64,000 bases of DNA from Vicinamibacteria bacterium (lineage in GTDB: Bacteria; Acidobacteriota; Vicinamibacteria; Marinacidobacterales; Marinacidobacteraceae): contig OY821641.1 of NCBI GenBank assembly GCA_963555995.3, forward strand, positions 3,712,001-3,776,000, in the 5' to 3' direction. Below the pieces are notes generated by a model. The model searched no databases. It was given only the letters and a program-made list of their open reading frames with translations, and had not been told where the DNA came from. Positions within the stretch are counted from its first letter, which is position 1; each line of letters begins with the position of its first letter. Below, one piece after another: positions 60,008 to 64,000 of this stretch. A program made the position numbers and the translations under genes.

Positions 60008-60514
60008 TCAGTCTTCGGCTTCGAGTTCGTCGGAGGCGGCTTCGGCGGCGGCGGCCTTGGCGTGGCGCCAGGCGGTGATCTTGTCGGCGACCTCCGGATC
60101 GCTGAGCGCGACGATCTGGGCCGCGAAGTGGGCGGCGTTCTGGGCGCCGGCCTTGCCGACCGCGACGGTTCCGACCGGGAAACCGGGGGGCATCTGGACG
60201 GTGGCGAGCAGGGCGTCGAGCCCGCTGAGGGACGCCGCCAGCGGCACGCCGATGACCGGCAGGATGGTCCGGGCGGCCATCGCCCCCGCGAGGTGGGCGG
60301 CCATCCCGGCCCCCGCGATGATCGCGACGACGCCGTTGTCGCGCGCGCTCTCGGCGAGCGCGGCGGCGCGGGCGGGCGTGCGGTGGGCCGAGTAGATCCC
60401 CATGCGGCAGGGAACGCCGAGCGACTGGAGGACCTTCTTGGCCTCCCGCATGACGTCGGTGTCGGAGGGGCTGCCCATCACGATGAGGACTTTGGGGTTG
60501 CCGGTGGAACTCAT
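60008..60514 (-). CDS. purE: N5-CAIR mutase / AIR carboxylase
   Basis: MGSPSD, SAHRTP, AGMAAHL, QMPPG; AGGAG RBS. Confidence 0.95.
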   Translation of the reverse strand: MSSTGNPKVLIVMGSPSDTDVMREAKKVLQSLGVPCRMGIYSAHRTPARAAALAESARDNGVVAIIAGAGMAAHLAGAMAARTILPVIGVPLAASLSGLDALLATVQMPPGFPVGTVAVGKAGAQNAAHFAAQIVALSDPEVADKITAWRHAKAAAAEAASDELEAED

Positions 60515-60522
60515 GTTGTCTC

Positions 60523-61791
60523 CTAGATTGCGGTGACGGCGATATCCGTACGGAACGCCTTTTTCTCCCAGGTAATCGAATCGGCGCACCGGTAGGCCGC
60601 GCTCCGCGCGCCCGCCCAGTCGGCGCCGAGTCCGGTGACGGCGATCACGCGGCCTCCGGCGGTCTCGATCCCGTCCTCGCCGGCGCGGGTGCCGGCGTGG
60701 AACACGAAGCCGTCGCCGGTCTCGACCGCGCCCGGCAGACCCCGGATCGGGACACCCTTCCGGTACGCGCCGGGATACCCGTCCGAGGCCAGGATCACGG
60801 TGACCGCCCGCTCGGGCCGGAACCGGACCGCTCCCTCCGGAAGCCGGCCGCTGGCCGCGCCGAAGAACAGCGGCAGCAGGTCGCAGTCGAGCCGCGGCAT
60901 GAGGGTCTGCGCCTCCGGATCGCCGAAGCGCACGTTGAACTCGAGGACCTTCGGTCCGGCGGCGGTCAGCATCAGGCCGGCGTAGAGCACGCCCCGGTAC
61001 TCGCGCCCCTCGGCGCGGAGTCCGGCGATCGTGGGCTCCACGATCTCGCGGCGTACGCGCTCCATCGTGGCATCGGTATCCCCGAGACCGGGGCTCAGGC
61101 TCCCCATGCCGCCGGTGTTGGGTCCCTCGTCGTTCTCGAAGCGCCGCTTGTAGTCCTGGGCGGTCCCGCAGGCGGCTACCCGGGTTCCGTCGCTGATCGC
61201 GAAGACGCTCAACTCCGGTCCGCTCAGCCGTTCCTCGATGACCACCGCCTTGCCGGCGTCGCCGAGGCCGCCTTCGAGCAATCTCGTTGCGTCCCGTTCG
61301 GCCGCGTCGAGATTTCCCGGCAGGAAGACGCCCTTGCCGGCGGCGAGGCCGCTCGCCTTGATGACCGGCTGCTCGCCGTAGTCCCCGGAGCGAAGGGCTG
61401 TCCGCGCCGCCTCCGCGTTCCGGACCACCGTGTGACGGGCCGTGGGAATCCCGTGTCGGCCCATGAAGTCCTTGGCGAACTCCTTCGAGGCCTCGAGGAG
61501 CGCGGCGTCCCGCCGCGGCCCGAAGCACGGAATGTTCCGCTCGGCGAGCCGGTCGGCCAGGCCCGCGGCGAGGGGCGCCTCCGGGCCGGCGACCACCAGG
61601 TCCACCGCCTCGTCGCCGGCGAGGTCGGCCAATCCGCCCACGTCCTCCGCGCCCACCGGCGCGAGGCGGGCCAGCCGGCCCATCCCGGGGTTCCCGGGCG
61701 CCGCGATCAACTCGTCGAGTTCAGGACTCCGCGAGATCGCCCACGCCAGCGCGTGTTCGCGTCCGCCGCCGCCGACCAGCAGGACCCGCAC
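60523..61791 (-). CDS. purD: Phosphoribosylamine-glycine ligase
   Basis: GGREHA, GLAAGKGV, GPNTGGMG, EFNVRFGDPE. Confidence 0.97.
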   Translation of the reverse strand: MRVLLVGGGGREHALAWAISRSPELDELIAAPGNPGMGRLARLAPVGAEDVGGLADLAGDEAVDLVVAGPEAPLAAGLADRLAERNIPCFGPRRDAALLEASKEFAKDFMGRHGIPTARHTVVRNAEAARTALRSGDYGEQPVIKASGLAAGKGVFLPGNLDAAERDATRLLEGGLGDAGKAVVIEERLSGPELSVFAISDGTRVAACGTAQDYKRRFENDEGPNTGGMGSLSPGLGDTDATMERVRREIVEPTIAGLRAEGREYRGVLYAGLMLTAAGPKVLEFNVRFGDPEAQTLMPRLDCDLLPLFFGAASGRLPEGAVRFRPERAVTVILASDGYPGAYRKGVPIRGLPGAVETGDGFVFHAGTRAGEDGIETAGGRVIAVTGLGADWAGARSAAYRCADSITWEKKAFRTDIAVTAI

Positions 61792-61806
61792 GGCCGGCCG
61801 AACTGC

Positions 61807-62001
61807 CTACCGGGTGCGACGCCGACGCTTGCGGGCCCGCTTGCGCGCGGCGGCCCGCTTGGCGCGCAGCTTGTCGCCGGGCTTCACATAGAAGGAATGG
61901 CGCTTGATTTCCTTGATGATGTCCTCGGCCTGGACCCGCCGCTTGAAGCGGCGGAGGGCCACATCGATCGTTTCGCCTTCCTGGACGACGATTTCCGCCA
62001 A
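61807..62001 (-). CDS. rpsU: 30S ribosomal protein bS21
   Basis: ALRRFKR, FYVKP, basic C-terminus; GAGG RBS. Confidence 0.92.
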   Translation of the reverse strand: MAEIVVQEGETIDVALRRFKRRVQAEDIIKEIKRHSFYVKPGDKLRAKRAAARKRARKRRRRTR

Positions 62002-62148
62002 GGGATCCTCAGTTGTGACTGCCGGTGTGTCTGCTCTATCGAATTGGGAAAACCCGGGCGCTTCCGGCCCGGGGAGAAGCGGGAACGCTAGTCCCCACCG
62101 TCCCCCGTGTCAAGATGGCCGAGGATTCCGGAAGGCGCGGGCCAGGGT

Positions 62149-63804
62149 TTACTCGTCCAGCAGGCCGGCGTAGGAGTAGAGCACGGTCGCCACCGACTTC
62201 GCGCCGCCGATCATGCCGTAGACCTCGCCCGCTCCCTCGATCACCCAGAACTCGTTGGCGGCATGGGCGCCGCCGCCGTGGCCGACCGCGCCGCCCACGA
62301 TGGGCATCGCGAGGTCGGTTCCGTCCGCGAAGTCTCCGTCGCGGCCGCTGAACAGGTACGCCGGCCAGTAGCCGCCGCCCAGGATGGAATCCTCCGCGAC
62401 CGGCTCCCGGTAACGGACGCCGAAGATGGAGAACATCTCCCGCACCGAGTCCGCGAGCGCGTTGTTGTAGTTGCTCTTCGACCAGGGCACGTCGCCGATG
62501 ATCGTCATCTCGACGTCCTCGTAGCCCTGCTCGTCGAGGTAGTCGCGGATCTTCTGGACCATCTCGAGCCCATCCATGTTCGGGACGTAGCGCATGTTGT
62601 GCTTCGAGGTGACCCGGTTCGGCAGGATGGCGCCCGCGCCGCCCGGATACATGTTGCCGGACCAGATGCCGTCCATGTTGAAGGAGATCCCGTAGCGGGC
62701 GTTCATCAGGTGCTGGAGCGGATCGTCGGTCATGAAGCGCGCCACCCCGATGTTCTCGGCGGCGATCGCGAGGTCGAGGTTCTCCGCCGAACTGCGGAAC
62801 ATCTCCTCTTCCGCGGGGGAGAGCGGCGCCGCGCCGTCGTAGAAACCAGGCACCAGCACCCGGTTCCCGTCGTCGGTGATCAGCGAATCAATCATCTTCA
62901 TGTGCCGCAGCACCGGGGAATCGGTCGAACGCTTGTGGATGCCGTGGATATTCGACGGGACGGGTCCGCGCCCCCAGCTCTCACCGCTGGTGGTCAGTTC
63001 GATGTAGACGCAGCCCTCGGAGCCGCCGGAGAAGCCCGCCGCCCCGCTCCGCGCCTGGCGTCCGGTGCGGTACATCGCGTCGGCGTGCCGGAAGAGTTCC
63101 GGGTTCTCGCGGACGAACTGGCGCAGGCCGATGGACATCCGCTCCTCGTCGCCCTCGGCGATGAAGATCAGGTTCACCGGCATGGACCCCGTGACCTCGT
63201 AGATCGCGTGCATGCCGTTCCACATCGTCATCTGGGGGCCCTTGGAGTTCGTGGTGCCGCGCCCGATCATCACCTTCTTGAAGGGGCCGAACTCGGTGAA
63301 CTCGCCGTCGAACGGCGGGAAGACCCAAGCCTCCGGTTGAGTGATCGGCATGGTGTCGTACATCCAGTAGATGAGGAGGGTCTGTTCCTTGCCGTAGTCG
63401 CAGTCGGCGTACACCACCGGGTTGCCGGGCTGCCCCCACTCGGTCATCGGCACCTCGTACACCTGCGAGTGCTGGCAGCCGAGCTGGTCGAAGAAGCCCT
63501 TCACCATCTGGGCGGACTCCGGGATGCCCTCGCCGGAGTTGGAGATGCTCGGCTGCTGGATCCAGCGGCGCAGGTTCATCACGTGCTCGTCGGCGTTGTC
63601 GTCAATGTGCTGGAACACCCGCTGGAGCTCCTCGGGAACCCGGGACATGTCCGGACTCAGCGTGGTGTCTCCCGCGGGGCGGATGCCGAGGTCCGCGGTG
63701 GTCGGGACCGGGTTCTCTCCCATGTCCGATCCACCGCCGCAGGCGGTCAGCAACAGCCCCGCGAGAAGCAGCGGGAACAGGGCCAGGACTCTCCGGTTGC
63801 GCAT
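62149..63804 (-). CDS. M20-family metallopeptidase lipoprotein
   Basis: Lipobox LTAC; YDTMP, GRG..SKG, EGDEE, HAANE. Confidence 0.85.
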   Translation of the reverse strand: MRNRRVLALFPLLLAGLLLTACGGGSDMGENPVPTTADLGIRPAGDTTLSPDMSRVPEELQRVFQHIDDNADEHVMNLRRWIQQPSISNSGEGIPESAQMVKGFFDQLGCQHSQVYEVPMTEWGQPGNPVVYADCDYGKEQTLLIYWMYDTMPITQPEAWVFPPFDGEFTEFGPFKKVMIGRGTTNSKGPQMTMWNGMHAIYEVTGSMPVNLIFIAEGDEERMSIGLRQFVRENPELFRHADAMYRTGRQARSGAAGFSGGSEGCVYIELTTSGESWGRGPVPSNIHGIHKRSTDSPVLRHMKMIDSLITDDGNRVLVPGFYDGAAPLSPAEEEMFRSSAENLDLAIAAENIGVARFMTDDPLQHLMNARYGISFNMDGIWSGNMYPGGAGAILPNRVTSKHNMRYVPNMDGLEMVQKIRDYLDEQGYEDVEMTIIGDVPWSKSNYNNALADSVREMFSIFGVRYREPVAEDSILGGGYWPAYLFSGRDGDFADGTDLAMPIVGGAVGHGGGAHAANEFWVIEGAGEVYGMIGGAKSVATVLYSYAGLLDE

Positions 63805-63908
63805 CACCTTCGTCTCCTTCGCCGTCGTCGGGGGCCGACCGGGGAGGTCCCCCGCCGGGACAGCATTCGGAACATACGCGCCCGGCTCGGGCACTGTCAA
63901 AGGGTGGG

Positions 63909-64000
63909 CAGCCTGTGGTGGAACTGGCGTGAGCACCGAGACGCCCGCTGGGCCTCGCTGACAAGGCGCGCGAGGGAGGAATACCGGGCGTATTCCGACC
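63909..64000. mobile_element. Second copy of the MITE-like element (truncated by window edge)
   Basis: CAGCCTGTGGTGGAACTGGCG...GGAGGAATACCGGGCGTATTCCGACC matches 51425-51516. Confidence 0.8.

Overview
High-GC bacterial chromosome segment, probably Acidobacteriota (inferred from gene content only). Core genes: the end of a trp operon (trpC-F-B-A) followed by a DAHP-synthase homologue that has lost most catalytic residues; a Rieske/split cytochrome b/octaheme cytochrome c complex contiguous with an A1-type heme-copper oxidase; rpoZ; several peptidases; purine genes (purB-S-Q-L-F; rpsU-purD-purE); rlmN; and a TonB-dependent receptor. Accessory DNA: a lower-GC island at about 28.1-35.4 kb (HExxH lipoprotein, IS1634-like element, stand-alone GHKL ATPase/nuclease), an IS21 inserted in a REP-like array, a MITE family, and intact or decaying toxin-antitoxin modules. 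The most striking unexplained pattern is that many core genes are followed 0.2-0.7 kb downstream by a diverged second copy of their own 3' end, with REP-like hairpins or small cargo genes between the two copies. This is clear for the VWA gene, S9 peptidase, nitroreductase and purL, and weaker for purE, rlmN, D-aminoacylase and the TonB receptor. It suggests a recurrent insertion process that replaces gene 3' ends. All calls come from motif recognition and by-eye alignment; no searches were run.
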